DNA of 64,000 nt from the human T2T-CHM13v2.0 reference genome, Homo sapiens: NCBI RefSeq assembly GCF_009914755.1, contig NC_060933.1; one strand, given 5' to 3'. A program made the translations under genes and the position numbers. The first letter of the stretch is position 1, and each line of letters opens with the position of its first letter. Under the pieces are notes generated by a model, which did no database searches, was not told the DNA's origin, and worked only from the letters and a program-made list of their open reading frames with translations. Positions 40,831 through 58,086 of this stretch are shown here, in pieces.

Positions 40831-41393
40831 ATACACAGTTCTCCATTTCTACCAAGATCTCTACTAACCCAATACACTTCAAAGCTTTACTCCTCACTGT
40901 AGCAGCCCTAAAGCAAAAAAATTACCTTACAACAAGGCCATAGGTCAACTCTTCAGATGTGGCAAGGCTGTTTGACCCCTTTCTCCACCTAAAAATGCAA
41001 AAAGTTCAGGTTATACTGCAAACCTCATAATACATGCCCTTTCCTTTCAAGTAATATAAGCTTGTCTCTTTTCAAGCTAAACTGCAGTCCCATACTCAGT
41101 CCTATAAGAAACCTAAATGAAAAATAAGCTTAGAGAATGTGGAGACTAGAGGGCAGAGAACCCAGAGTTTGACCTTGGAAAATACTAAACTAAGGACTTT
41201 GTTATAAGAGAAAGCAAATGGCGGAGTGGGTTGGGTGGGGAGGGGATGACAAATATTTCATGTAAAAAGTTAAACAACTTTGTACCAGGCGAATCAGTGG
41301 GCTTAAAATATTCAGTAAACCATGCTATAAGTAGATGTGCTGTCATTCAGGCTTTGCTGTTCCATTTATAGAGCACAAGCAGAGTAGATTTAG

Positions 41394-41687
<294 letters not shown>

Positions 41688-42555
41688 TAGTGTAATTCTT
41701 AAGGGCCCTAGGATTTTGGGAATGGTAAATGAGCATTGGCTTCAACTTAAAGTTACCAGCTGCATTTGCCCCTAAAAAGACAGTCGACCTGTCCTTTGAA
41801 GCTTTGAAGGAAGACATTGACTTCTAACTATGAAAGTCCTAGATGGCATCTTCTTCTACTAGAAGGCTATTTCATCTACATTGGAAATCTGTTGTTTAGT
41901 GTAGCCACCTTCATCAATTATCTTAACTAAATCCTCTGGATAACTTGTAGCTTCTACATCAGAACTTGCTACTTCATTGTGTACTTTTATGTTATAGAGA
42001 TGGCTTCTTTCCTTAAACCTCATGAACCAGCCTTTCCTGGCTTCAAACTTTCCTTCTGCAGCTTCCTCACTTCTCTCTTCCTTCATAGAAGTGAAAAGAG
42101 TTAGGGCCTTGCTCTGGATTAAGCTTTGGCTTCAGAGAATGTTGTGGCTGTTTTGATCTTGTATCTAGACCATTAAAACTTTTCCCATATCAGCAATAAG
42201 GCTGTTTTGCTTTCTGATCATTTGTATGTTCACTGGAGTAGCTCTTTTAATTTCTTTCAAGAACTCTTCCTTTGCATTCATAACTTGGCTGTTTGGCATG
42301 AGAAGCCTAGCTTTGAAAGCTTATCTTGGCTTTCATCTGGCTTCCTCACTAAGCTTAATCATTTCTAGTTTTTGAGTGAAAGTGAGAAACATGTGACTCT
42401 TCCTTTCACTGGAACACTTAGAGGCCATTGTAGGGTTATTCATTGACATGATTTCAATATTATTGTGTCTCAGGGAATAGAGAGGCTCAAGGAGACGAAG
42501 CCAGATAAGGAACAGCCAGTGAGTGGAGCAGTCAGAACACACGCAGCATTTATCA

Positions 42556-42872
<317 letters not shown>

Positions 42873-42940
42873 GTTTGCTGTCTTATATTGGCGTGATCCA
42901 TAGCACCCCAAAACAATGACAATAGTAACATCAAAGATCA

Positions 42941-43515
<575 letters not shown>

Positions 43516-43800
43516 GCCCTTAGAAGCATAGCATAAAAATCAGAAACTACAAAGGAAAATATTAATAAGACTAAAGGTCATATAAAAGTAAATACTCCTG
43601 TAAAGCAGCGACAATAAAAACAATAACAAAGAATAAATAAAAGACAAATATCAAACTGGAAAAATAGTGACAGCACAAATATTTTTCAAATATCAAATGC
43701 ATTTTGAATATATATATATATTTTTATGTTTCTTACAAATTAAAAATGAAAAAATTAAAATTCCAACAGAAAAGTGGACAAAGGACCAAAACAGATATTT

Positions 43801-44017
43801 TTTAAAAATATTTTTTAATTTAAATTTTTATTTCAATAGTTTTTGGGGTACAGGTAGTTTTGGGTAACATGGATAAGTTCTTTAGTGGTGAGTTTTGAGA
43901 TTGTAGCATACCCATCACCCAAGCATTGCACACTGTACCCAATATGTAGTCTTTTATCCTCCACTCCCCATTCAACCTTCACCCCCAGTCCCGAAAGTTC
44001 ATTGTATCATTCTTATG
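43801..44017 (-). mobile_element. L1PB-type 3' end with decayed poly(A), fused directly to U6
   Basis: Minus strand CATAAGAATGATACAATG...AAAGAACTTATCCATG...CTATTGAAATAAAAA matches the L1PB 3'UTR. Confidence 0.85.
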
Positions 44018-44121
44018 AAAATATGGAACTCTTCAAAATTTGCATGTCATCTTATACAGGAGTCACGGTAATTTTCTCTGTATTATTCCAATTTTTGTAT
44101 ATGTGCCGCCAAAGCAAGCAC
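44018..44121 (-). pseudogene. RNU6: U6 snRNA retropseudogene, full length (5' part of a U6/L1 chimera)
   Basis: Reverse complement reads GTGCTTGCTTTGGCGGCACATATACAAAAATTGGAATAATACAGAGAAAATTACC...GTTCCATATTTT. About 80-85% identical to U6 over the whole length, with many CpG-type changes. Confidence 0.95.
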
Positions 44122-44783
44122 CAAAACACACAATTTACAAATGAAATTATACAAATAGCCACGAATTTGGGTTGAAAAAATATTCATTTCACAATGATCA
44201 AACAAATGCAAATTAAAACAAAGCAGTGTCATTTTGTTTACTAGATTGACAAAGATACAAAATAATTACAATTTCTAATGTTGTTGACCGTATAAGGAAA
44301 TTACTATTATTCTCCAAGAATGACAATGTAAATTGGCACACATTTTCTAAAATAATTTGGTTATACAAATTAAAAGTCTTCCAAATTGCATTTACTTGGC
44401 CCAGCAATGTGACTTTCAGGAATTTATCTACCCTAAAAAAGAAGTAGAAGTTTTTAATAATAGAGAAAAATATTAAACCCCCTAAATGGCCAAAAATAAG
44501 AAGTAGGTTAAATAAACAATAGTACATATATACATTATTATATTGTTAATAATAAATAATATTTATTGTCTTTGAAAAATGTTCATAGTTTCTTACAAAA
44601 TGGTTTATAGAGTATGGTCCAATTTTCATTACATGTTATATATTCACACATATCCACAGATAGAGAAAATCTGAAAGAATTTAAGAGTTAAACTTTTTGT
44701 TTGTGATAAACCAAGGCTGATATAGCCAACTTAAAGAAAAAAGAGGGAATGAATTTATTGGAAAAATGCGGAATATCTCATGA

Positions 44784-45102
<319 letters not shown>

Positions 45103-45837
45103 AGGAAGTGTTATACTTTTAAGATATGATCAGATAAGGAACAATAATGCCAGGATTCTTCTCAACAGATGGATTTGAGGAACTTCTCCCTCTACAACTC
45201 TGATGAACTGATTCCCATCTAGTCCCTGTGTCCTTATAGTCCAAAGGTAAAATTTTAGGAATTTTTCTGATAGTCCCAATATGGGCCAGAAGTGAATGTC
45301 TGGATTAATAAACTATGGCCACATGAGTAGGAATAAGTGTATTCACATGGCACCTGGAGGTCACTCTCTGTGAATTGGGGCCATGATCAGGATGACGGAC
45401 CCGGACAGGTGCTTTAAGCGATGCTACTGGGAGAATATACACCACGATGTGAAGATGGGTGATCTCTGAGGGTGGGATAGTGGGTGCCTGTTTGCTTTGT
45501 CTGTATCATTCAAGGATGATTTGGCTGCAAGTGACAGAAACACAACTCTAACCATTAGGCAGAAAGTGGAAATTATTAAAACGTTAACAGAAATGCAGCA
45601 AGAGCAGGGTGCACTGGTCTGGGGACAGCTGGAAACAGCATCTTGGACACTGCTGCCAGGCTCCTCTCTGCATCTCTCACTTCCAACTTTCTCTTAATGT
45701 CAGGCTTACTTTCCTCTGAATTTCTCCACATGACAGGAAACATGACGGCAAGAGGTTGCCTGGTCTTGCATCTCCCTGTTTCATTACCAGAAGGAGACTG
45801 ATATTTCCCCTATCTGATTCCAAATTGTACAACCCCA

Positions 45838-46167
<330 letters not shown>

Positions 46168-46384
46168 TTAACTTGGGCAGGAATTTTTACTGTCTTATTT
46201 GCCATTGTACCCATACTACCTGGCACGTGGCAGAGCCTCAACAAACACATTAAATGGATGTGAGAGGAATGAAGACTAGTCAAGATGACTACTGAGTTTG
46301 GGGACCAGTGAGTGGTGACATCATTAACTCAAGCAGGCTTCAGAGCAGTAACAGTAGGCTTGGAGGGCCCAGAAGCATTGCTTA

Positions 46385-46600
46385 GCATTAGGAAGGTAAC
46401 TATCAGAGTCAGACTGTTTGGATTTGAATTCCAGTTCTACCACTTACCAGCTGTGTAACTGTGAACAAGTTACCTCAACCCTCAAAGCTTCAGTTTCCCA
46501 ATCCATAAAAATGGGGATAATAGTAATATCCAGTTTGTAGGGCTCATTGTGAAAATTAACTAAAATACATTGTGCAAGGTGCTAAATAATCGACTGATAT
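46385..46600 (+). mobile_element. MIR
   Basis: gagtcagactgtttggatttgaattccagttctaccacttaccagctgtg...cagtttcc core. Confidence 0.85.
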
Positions 46601-46744
46601 TATTATATTCCTCTTTCAACCGTGCTGCACTATGCTTTCAAATTCATTTTCACGATCTTTGCAGTTAGGACTGATTTTTTTCTAATGGTAGTGTAAGTTT
46701 CATGTTTCAATATTTCATGCCAGTTGATCAGTCTGTTTCTCCAG

Positions 46745-47060
46745 TAAACAGAGCAAGGATATGTGCTCAATCATACTTGCCTCACTGGGAAGAAATAATT
46801 TTGCAGTGTCTACCTTTGCTCTGGTCCATGTCATAGCAGAGCCTGTGCTATAAGAAGAGTTTGTAGGTTGCACAAGATGTCACCAGGAATGCTCTTGGCA
46901 GGCTTTCAGAGGGCAGTAGCTGGAAGATAGGAGCTGCCATGTTACCAAATATTCAGAGAGCACAGGCCCGACCCAGCAGATGCTGGGAGTGTACGGGGAC
47001 AAGTATACAGTCATGCTCCCTCATTACTGCTACCCACCCGAAGATGGGATACCCAGAAAG
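46745..47060 (+). pseudogene. Putative pseudo-exon A
   Basis: Acceptor tctgtttctccag| and donor AAG|gtttgg. In-frame stops TAA 46851 and TAG 46917. The 5' boundary is uncertain. Confidence 0.3.
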
Positions 47061-47216
47061 GTTTGGCCTCTCTAAATCTTAAGATTGAAGCTAATTTTCC
47101 CCTTCTCTAAGTTTTTAAGTATCAGGTAAGGGATTGAAATACATTTTTTAATGTAGAGAGTATGTAAGTTTGAAAGCAGAAATTACTTATATGGTCTTTT
47201 TAATTTCTCTGTATAT

Positions 47217-47299
47217 GAGAACTATGGCTTTGGAGCCACCTGCTCGAGATAGGTGATGCTTGGAAGGTATAAGTGGAACCCAGATAAGAAGGAAATTTT
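47217..47299 (+). pseudogene. Putative pseudo-exon B
   Basis: Polypyrimidine tract ctttttaatttctctgtatat, with the AG either mutated to AT or an in-frame gag| 3 nt later. Donor TT|gtgagt. One TAG at 47250. Confidence 0.35.
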
Positions 47300-47589
47300 G
47301 TGAGTAAATTTTACTCTCTTTTTATTGGTAGAACATATTTTAAAATCTTATATAAAGGTCCTAATTTTTGTAACATCTTCAAATATGTTGGAGCAAATTA
47401 TATTTTCCAAAGTTGGCCTCACTAATGTATAGCATGACTCACAAGCTCTGATTATAGATATATGCAAATAACAATATGTTGATTACATCCCAGTAGCTAT
47501 TGACCTTTGAGTTATGACCCAAAATTCAGACCCTAACACTTGACTGAAAGTCTTTTCCTATACTCTATTCTGCCCTAATGCAATGTTAA

Positions 47590-47825
47590 AAGCCCAGGAG
47601 GTAGAGTTAAACACCCTGGGTTTGATTCTCGGTTTACCACTAACCAGTTGTATGACCTTGAATGAGTGATTTGACCTTTCGGTGCCTCTGTTTCTTTATT
47701 TGTAAGATAGAGAAATAATTGTCTCAAATTCACGGAGTTGTTGCTAATTGAGTTAATACAGTTAACACCCTAAATATCCTAGAACAGTTCTAAAAACACA
47801 GTGTATGTTTAATATATGCTAGCTG
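47590..47825 (+). mobile_element. MIR
   Basis: cctgggtttgattctcggtttaccactaaccagttgtatgaccttg core. Confidence 0.8.
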
Positions 47826-47829
47826 ATAT

Positions 47830-48185
<356 letters not shown>

Positions 48186-48538
48186 TGAGAAATACTGTAA
48201 TCCAAGTACCAAGCTGATTTCTTTATTCTGGTTAATAAGTGAAGCAAGGAATTATCTGTTGACTCTCTCTACTGATACCCGCTCCACTGGTCATTTCTTG
48301 AGCAACTGAGAGCATGCTGTGGTGGGACTGAGGCTACCGCTGGAGGGAGCTGGCCTGATTCACACACTTTCTGGAAGCTGAGGGTTGGGAATGGGTGTGT
48401 GTGTGTGGAGGGGACTATGGAAAGGAGAGATCAGGGTACTTCGAGGGAAAGCTTACCCTAAGGAGAGAAAGGACTAAATTCAGTACATTAGTTGCACCAA
48501 GAACAAACCACATATTTTATTATTTTTCCCAATTTTAG

Positions 48539-48608
48539 GCCCCACACACTTACAGCAAGCCATGCCAACCCTCGGCCTTGGTGCAGGAGAAGGGGCAAAG
48601 CCTATAAA
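48539..48608 (+). pseudogene. Putative pseudo-exon C (70 nt)
   Basis: Strong acceptor ttttattatttttcccaattttag| and donor AAA|gtaagg. Open frame PHTLTASHANPRPWCRRRGKAYK. Confidence 0.45.
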
Positions 48609-48625
48609 GTAAGGGGCTGGGTTGA

Positions 48626-49509
<884 letters not shown>

Positions 49510-49639
49510 TGAGTTCAATATTTTTCCGTCCAGGTAAGGATGGGAAATTCAGTTTCCTGTTAAAACTAGAATTTAAATCCAGTGCCAGTTCCAAGACTCA
49601 TGAATTACACCACACTGACTCCCACAGTGAAAAGTTGAA

Positions 49640-49847
49640 TTCTTTTCTGAGACAGAGTCTCACTCTATTGCCCAGGCTGGAATGTAGTAGCATGATCATG
49701 GCTTAACTGCAGCCTCGGCCTCCCAGGCTCAAGAAATCGTCATACCTCAGCCTCCCAAGTAGCTGGGACTACAGGCATGCTCCACCACACCCAGCTAATT
49801 TTTGTATTTTTTGTACAGATGAGGTTTCATCATGTTGCCCAGGCTGG
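49640..49847 (-). mobile_element. 5'-truncated AluJ
   Basis: Alu consensus. Confidence 0.9.
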
Positions 49848-49896
49848 AAAATTTAAATTTTTATCCCCATAAATCCAATCCCTCCCCTAACTACAG

Positions 49897-49971
49897 TTCC
49901 GGGAAAAGGAGGGAAAATTGGACGGTAGATATCAAAGCAGACTGGAGGCCTATAATAACAGGATATGCTGA
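49897..49971 (+). pseudogene. Putative pseudo-exon D (coding part to TGA)
   Basis: Acceptor ccctcccctaactacag|, phase 0 matching exon C. Reads FREKEGKLDGRYQSRLEAYNNRIC*. Confidence 0.35.
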
Positions 49972-50593
49972 GCACAGCAGAGCTCTTGGGTTATCATAAG
50001 TGCCAGTCACCTGCTCTCATCCTGCCTGTTTACAAGTCAGGAAATGAAGTGAGGGGGAAATTGACAAGTAAGCAAACTCTAGAAGTTTTGTTCATCCGCG
50101 AGACAGAAAAACGTCAAGGTTCCAGACAGGCTGAGCATGTAGCTCACGTCTCCTGCAGCCACACCAGACTGGAGGCCCAGTAAGATAAATGCCATCATGA
50201 ATGCGCTCGCATCCACAAGCAGAACCCCTAGGGCACCAGCAGCTTCTTCTCCTGGCCAGTTCTGGTTGATGGACTCACGTAGGCTCACAGACTCATAAAT
50301 ACTTAGTTCAGATCCCAGCTGTCCTGTGTCCCCTCATAGGGTTGCTGTGAGAAATACAATGAGACAACATCTGTTAAGGACTCGCACAGTGCAGTGTTCA
50401 CTCACCTCACTTGTCAAGGGTAATTCTAGACTTCTCCAAAAGGTTACAGAGTCCTGACAGTTCAAGGCCTTAGATATTTCAAATTAGCTTTCTTCCTCAG
50501 CCTCAGTTCAGGCTATCAGAACGCTCCACCAAAACGTTAAATCTGACCTCATCATAGTCACATAAATACCAGTTTGAAAGAAAAAATAGTTTA

Positions 50594-50902
<309 letters not shown>

Positions 50903-50955
50903 GCAACTGTAAGCGTGTATTCTATGGTCACACCACACAGTTCACTGTTAATTAA

Positions 50956-51465
<510 letters not shown>

Positions 51466-51481
51466 TGATTTTTTTTTTTAG

Positions 51482-51688
51482 ACATTAGTTAACACCTGGT
51501 ACATTCACAATGCTGTATAACCATCACTACTATTTCATTGCAGAAATCTTCATTACCTTGAAAGGAAACTTCATACCCATTAAGCAGTCATTTCCCACTC
51601 TCTCTTCCAGAACTTGGAAACCACTGATTTGCTTTCTATCTCTATGATTTGCCTATTCTCGATATTTCACATAAATGGAATCATTCAG
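51482..51688 (-). mobile_element. L1MB 3' end
   Basis: tacattcacaatgctgtataaccatcac...gatatttcacataaatggaatcat. Confidence 0.8.
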
Positions 51689-51691
51689 ATC

Positions 51692-51857
51692 ATTTTTTTA
51701 AGAGGTGAGGTCTTACTATGTTGCCCAGGCTGCAGTGCAGTGGTCCATGGGTGCACTCGTAGTACACGATAGCCCAGAAATTCCTGGGCTCAAGCAATCC
51801 TCCTGCCTCAGCCTTTCGAGTAGCTGAGACTACAGGTATGCACCACCACTCCTGGGC
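51692..51857 (-). mobile_element. FAM (fossil Alu monomer, 7SL-derived)
   Basis: Single monomer with the longer 7SL-like middle segment (gcagtggtccatgggtgcactcgtagtacacgatagcc). Confidence 0.8.
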
Positions 51858-52109
51858 AAATAATGTATTTTGAGAGCCAAAGCTAACCCATCTGACTGAG
51901 AGATCCCCACTTGGGGGGGCCCTGGGCCAATCAAGGATCCCCAGTTCACAGACCCCGTCACAGTCTATCCCCCTTCGACAGCCCCCAATGAGTGGCTTTC
52001 TCAGATGAGAAAAGAGGGTTGGTTGAGCTGCTTCTTCAGTGATTCCCATGGGCTGAAAACCCAGTTTTCCTCTTCCCTGGGCTTATCCTGACCCAACCTG
52101 GCCTTACAC

Positions 52110-52510
52110 ATCAGAGCCAACTGCTCCCACACTGCGAAGAGCCATTCTGTTGTAAGAAGTGTGCTCTCTGATGGCATATAAAGCCAAGGAATTAGAGACT
52201 AAGAAAAAGTGGCCAGAGAAGTAAGAGAAAAACCCAGGATTGTGAGATGTCATGGGGCCCAAAGGAAAGCAGACTGAAAAAAACAAGAGAGGAATCAACA
52301 GTGATCAAATAAGGTGAGAACTGCAAGAAAGCAAGCTTCAGGAGAGAAGTTTTGATGGCAAGAAGCCTCAGCTAGAAACCACACTGCTATGGGTTGCAGG
52401 TGGAATAGGAGGCAGAGTGGGTGGGGTGGAGGCAGTCAGGGTAACTGACACTCTCAAGAAGTTTGGCTGAAAAGGAGAATAGAGAAAATGAGTCGCATCC
52501 AAAGAGGAGC
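52110..52510 (-). mobile_element. L2 fragment
   Basis: gagactaagaaaaagtggccagagaagtaagagaaaaacccagga...tcaagaagtttggctga. Confidence 0.65.
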
Positions 52511-52515
52511 ATTCA

Positions 52516-52835
<320 letters not shown>

Positions 52836-52854
52836 CTAAGGCGGGTTATTTGAG

Positions 52855-53162
52855 TTTTTTTTCGTTTTATGTCGTTTTTAGAAAGGGTCTCACTCTGTTG
52901 CCCAGGCTGGAGTGCAGGGGCACAATCATAGCTCACTGCAGCTTCAACCTCTCCAGGATCAAGTGATCCTCTCACCTCAGCCTCCCGAGTAGCTGGGACC
53001 CCAGGCACGCACCACCACACACAGCTAATGTTTTTGTATTTCTGTAGAGACGGGGTTTCGCCAAGTTGCCCAGGGTGGTCTTTAACTCCTGGGCTCAAGC
53101 AATTCTCCCGCCTCAGCTTCCCAAAGTGCTGGGATTACAGGCATGAGCCACTGCACTCAGCC
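52855..53162 (-). mobile_element. AluJ
   Basis: Alu consensus. Confidence 0.95.
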
Positions 53163-54519
53163 TATTCTGGGTTTTTATGTGTTTGTTTTTGGACCTGGAA
53201 GCAGAGAGCATGTTTTCATGTTGATAAAAATGCTCTCTTGGAGGAGAGATTGCAGGTGCAGGAGGGAGGATAACCACCTATTGTGCCTCAGAACGCTGAG
53301 GATGGATCCACTACAAAGATCCTTTAAAGGGGGACCTGCCCCAGCCATGAAGGCCTCACGGGATGATTCCACCGGCACACAGTCTGTCAAACATGCCTGG
53401 AAGCAGGGAGACTCTTGGCGGAGACTCTTGGCAGAGACTGCGATGGAGAAGAAAATGGCAGTGCAAGGTGCAGGCTGGGGCTCCAGGGTGAACTCAGCCT
53501 CTTCCCCAAAGTAGCCTCTTCTCACGCCAGAACGACTTCCTGTAAGTGTCTTAGACGAGGAATTGGTACAAGGTCAGCCTGGCTCCTGTCAACGTACCTC
53601 CCCAGGGACTTCCTCACAGCAATCTTAGAGGTGGACAATGCCTCTATTTCAGTCTTTCATTGTGGAAAAGGAACAGAAAAGAGTATAAAAGCAGGATTAG
53701 GGCAAAGCCAGAAAACAAGATTTCTGACTCCCAGCCTCTGATCCTGCCCCATCCGATGGAGGCGACATCCCTCCGAAGGAGCTGGTTCAGAGAGGTGAAG
53801 CAGCTAAGTGGTTGAAGGAGGTAATCAAAGTAACTGCACAGAGCACATTTCACGGGAAGAAGTACAAATAATATCTCCTTTTTTTAAAAAAAATAAATAA
53901 ACTTGGAGGGTTGTGAAATTAGCCTGTCTCTGCAGGATGTACATCCTGAGATTTGTTTGGCCTCTCAAGGATAATCGGCTCTCTTTCCAATGAGATTACA
54001 CAAAAGCCAGGGCCAAGCAGGAGCAGAGAGGCAACTGTCACATCTCACGCAAAGTCACATTATCAGCCATGGCACTGGTGGCTGGGTGGCAGATACCAGT
54101 GTACTCCAAAAGGGTTGGGGGCTCCGAGTGTGCATCAGCTTGCAGCATCAGTGGAAGCATCGGTCAGCTCTGCTCCTCTTCCTGGCCTTGGGGCCTCTCC
54201 AGGCCGCCCCCCACTCTGACATCTGATCCCATTCAGACTCTCCCCCCGCTGTTCTCTTGGGTATTCCCATCACAGCTATGATCATGAGATTATGCTGTGT
54301 TTGTTAGAGGCACAGTGGGAGGGTGAGAGAATGGTATTAATTCTCAGGACTAGTTACAACCCTCCAAAGAAGGGGAAAATGCGTGGTGCAAAGTGTTTTT
54401 TCCAAAGCTAGGCCTTATCTTGCCCGCAGTGTGGTAGCCACAGACAGGAGCGTCAGCAATTTTGTATGCCTCCTGCGTTGGACCGCAAAGGAGACAGAGG
54501 TGGTCCTAAAATGCACTTT

Positions 54520-54700
54520 CAGGCACTATCTCATTTAATTCTCACACTTCTGGAGGCATAGGGGTTGTTGCTGGAATTTTGCAGATGAGGAAATGAAGGC
54601 TTGAAAATGTTAATGATCGGCAGTGGTCATACAGCCAGTGGAAGAACCAGAGTTCGAACCCGGGTCGTGCTGATTCTTGTCCAGTATGGCTCACCTACCT
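54520..54700 (-). mobile_element. MIR
   Basis: tctcatttaattctcac...ttttgcagatgaggaaatgaaggc. Confidence 0.75.
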
Positions 54701-55534
54701 GAGATTCAGTCCCTGAACTCAGAAACTCACAAGAAATGTATAAGTGTATCTCATTCTATTGTGCTTTGCTTGAGTGTACTTTACAGATATTGTGTTTTTT
54801 ACAAATTGAAGTCTTGTGGCAACCCTGAGTCCAGCAGGCTATCGGTGCCAGTTTTCCAATGGCATGTGCTCACTTCATGTCTCAGTGTCACATTTTGATA
54901 ATTTTGAAATATTTCAAACTTTTCCATTATTATGTCTGTTACAGTGATTTATGATCTGTGATCTTTGACGTTGCTATTGTAACTGTTTTGGGGTGCCACA
55001 AACCATGCCCATATAAGATGGTAAACATACTTGATAAATGTGTGTGTACTGACTGCCCCACCAACTGGCCATTTCTCTGTCTCTCTCACTCTCCTTGGCC
55101 TTCATAGGGAATAGGGATCCCCTGAGACACAACGATACTGAAATTAAATCAATTAATAACCCCACATCCGTCTGTAAGTGTTCAAGTCAAGGGGAGAGTC
55201 ACACATTTCTCCCTTTAAATAAACACTAGAAATGATTAAGCTTAGTGAGGAAGGCATGTCAAAAACCAAAAAAGGCTCATAGCTAAGCCTCATGCGCCAG
55301 ACAACCAAGTTGTGAATGCAAAGGAAAAGTTCTTGAAAGAAATTAAAAGTGCTACTCAGTGAACACACGAATGATAAGAAAGCAAAACAGCCTTATTGCT
55401 GATATAGAGAAAGTTCAAACGGTCTGTATAGAAGATCAAACCAGCCACAACATTCCCTTAAGCCACAGGCTAATCCAGAACAAGGGCCTAAGACTCTTCA
55501 GTTCTATGAGGCTAAGAGAGGTGAGGAAGCTTCA

Positions 55535-55993
<459 letters not shown>

Positions 55994-56687
55994 CTATAGC
56001 AAGTTATCCAGAAGATGTAGAAGATGTAGCTAAGATCATTGATGAAGGTGGCTACACTAAACAACATATTTTGTAGATGAAACAACCTTCTATTGGAAGA
56101 AGATGCCATCTAGGACTTTCACAGCTAGAGAGAAGTCAATGCCTGACTTCAAAGCTTCAGAAGACAGGTTGACTCTCTCATTAGAAGCTAATACAGCTGT
56201 TGACTTTAAGTTAAAACCGATGCTCATTTACCATTCCCCAAATTCTAGGGTCTTAAGAATTATACAAAATGTACTCTGCCTGTAGAGAGTGCTAGATCAC
56301 AAAACATCTGTTTACAGACTGGTTTGCTGAATGTTTTAAGCCCACTCTTGAGACCTATTGCTCAGGAAAAAAGATCCCTTTCAAAAGATAACTGCTCACT
56401 GACAACGTAACTAGTCACCCAAGAGTTCCCAAGAGTTCTGATTGAGATATAAAAGGAAATTAATGTCATTTTTATGCCTACTAACACAACATCCATTCTG
56501 CAGCCCATGGATCAAGGAGTCATTCTGACTTTCAAATCTTATTATTTAAGAAATACATTTCATAAGGTTGGATCTGTCATACGTTTCATAAGGCCAGACA
56601 GTGATTCCTCTGATGGATCTGGGCAAAGTAAATTGAAAAACTTCTGGTAAGGATTCATCATTCTAAATGCCTTTAAGAGCATTTGTG

Positions 56688-56989
<302 letters not shown>

Positions 56990-57741
56990 GCTTTTGTGAT
57001 TCATAGGAAGAGGTCAAAATATCAATATTAACAGGAGTTTGGAAGAAACTGATTCTAACCCTCATGGATGACTTTGAGGGGTTCAATACATTAGTGGGGG
57101 GAAGTCACTGCAGATGTGGTGGAAATAACAAGAGAACTAGAATTAGAAGTGGCGCCTGAAGATGTGACTGAATTACTGCAATCTCATGATAAAACGTGAA
57201 TGAATGAGGAATTGCTTCATATGTATGAGTAAAGAAAGTGGTTTCTTGAGATGAAATTGACATGTGGTGAATTTTCTGTGAACACTGTTGAAATGATAAC
57301 AAAGGATTTAGAATATTACATAAACTTAGTTGAAGAAGTACTGGCAGGGTTTGCAAGGATTGACTCCATTTTTGAAAGAAGCTCTACTGTTAGTAAAATG
57401 CTATTAAACAGCATTGCACGCTACCAAGAAATCTTTCATGAAAGGAAGAATCAACCAATGCAACAAACTTCATTGTTGTCTTAGTTAAGAAATTTTCCCA
57501 GCCACCGCAACCTTTAGCAATCCCCACCCTGATGGGTCAGCAGTCAGCAACATTGAGGCAAGACCCCCCTCACCAGCAAAAATATTATGACTTGCTAAAT
57601 GGCTCAGATGATCATTAGGCTCACATGATCATTAGCATTTTTAGCAATAAGGTATTTTTAAATTAAGATAAGTCCATATTTTAGACATAATGTGATAGCA
57701 CACTTAATAGACTCCAGTATAGTGTAAACATAACTCATAAC

Positions 57742-58086
57742 TTTTTTTTATTTTAGAGACAGGGTCTTGCTCTGTCACCCAGACTGGAGGGAAATTGTGC
57801 AATCGTCTCGCACTGCAGCCTCAAAGTCCAGGGCTCAAGCGATCCTCCGGCCTCAGCCTCCCAAGTAACTAGGACCAGAGGCATGCACCACCACACCCAG
57901 CTAATTTTTAAAATTTCATCACCTGGAGGAAATGCCAATGCATAAAAATGACACTTTTTTTTTCTTTTTCATGAGATAGGGGGTCTCACCATATTGTCAG
58001 GCTGGTTCTGAACTCCTGACCTCAAGTGATCTTCCCTCCTTGGCCTCCCAAAGTGCTAGAATTACAGATAAGAGACACCACACCCT
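57742..58086 (-). mobile_element. AluJ in Tigger1 with a foreign insert in its linker
   Basis: TSD gtaaacataact. Confidence 0.9.

Noticed and set aside
46632-46855. Signal-peptide-bearing start for the candidate gene (MLSNSFSRSLQLGLIF/LMVV*VSCFNISC...NHTCLTGKK*FCSVYLCSGPCH)
   Set aside because: Needs two frameshifts and has three stops in about 57 codons, no better than random. Kept only as a hypothesis for the homology search.
46867-47082. Alternative frame with RCWECTGTS as a Ly6/uPAR domain
   Set aside because: Later cysteines and a signal peptide are missing.
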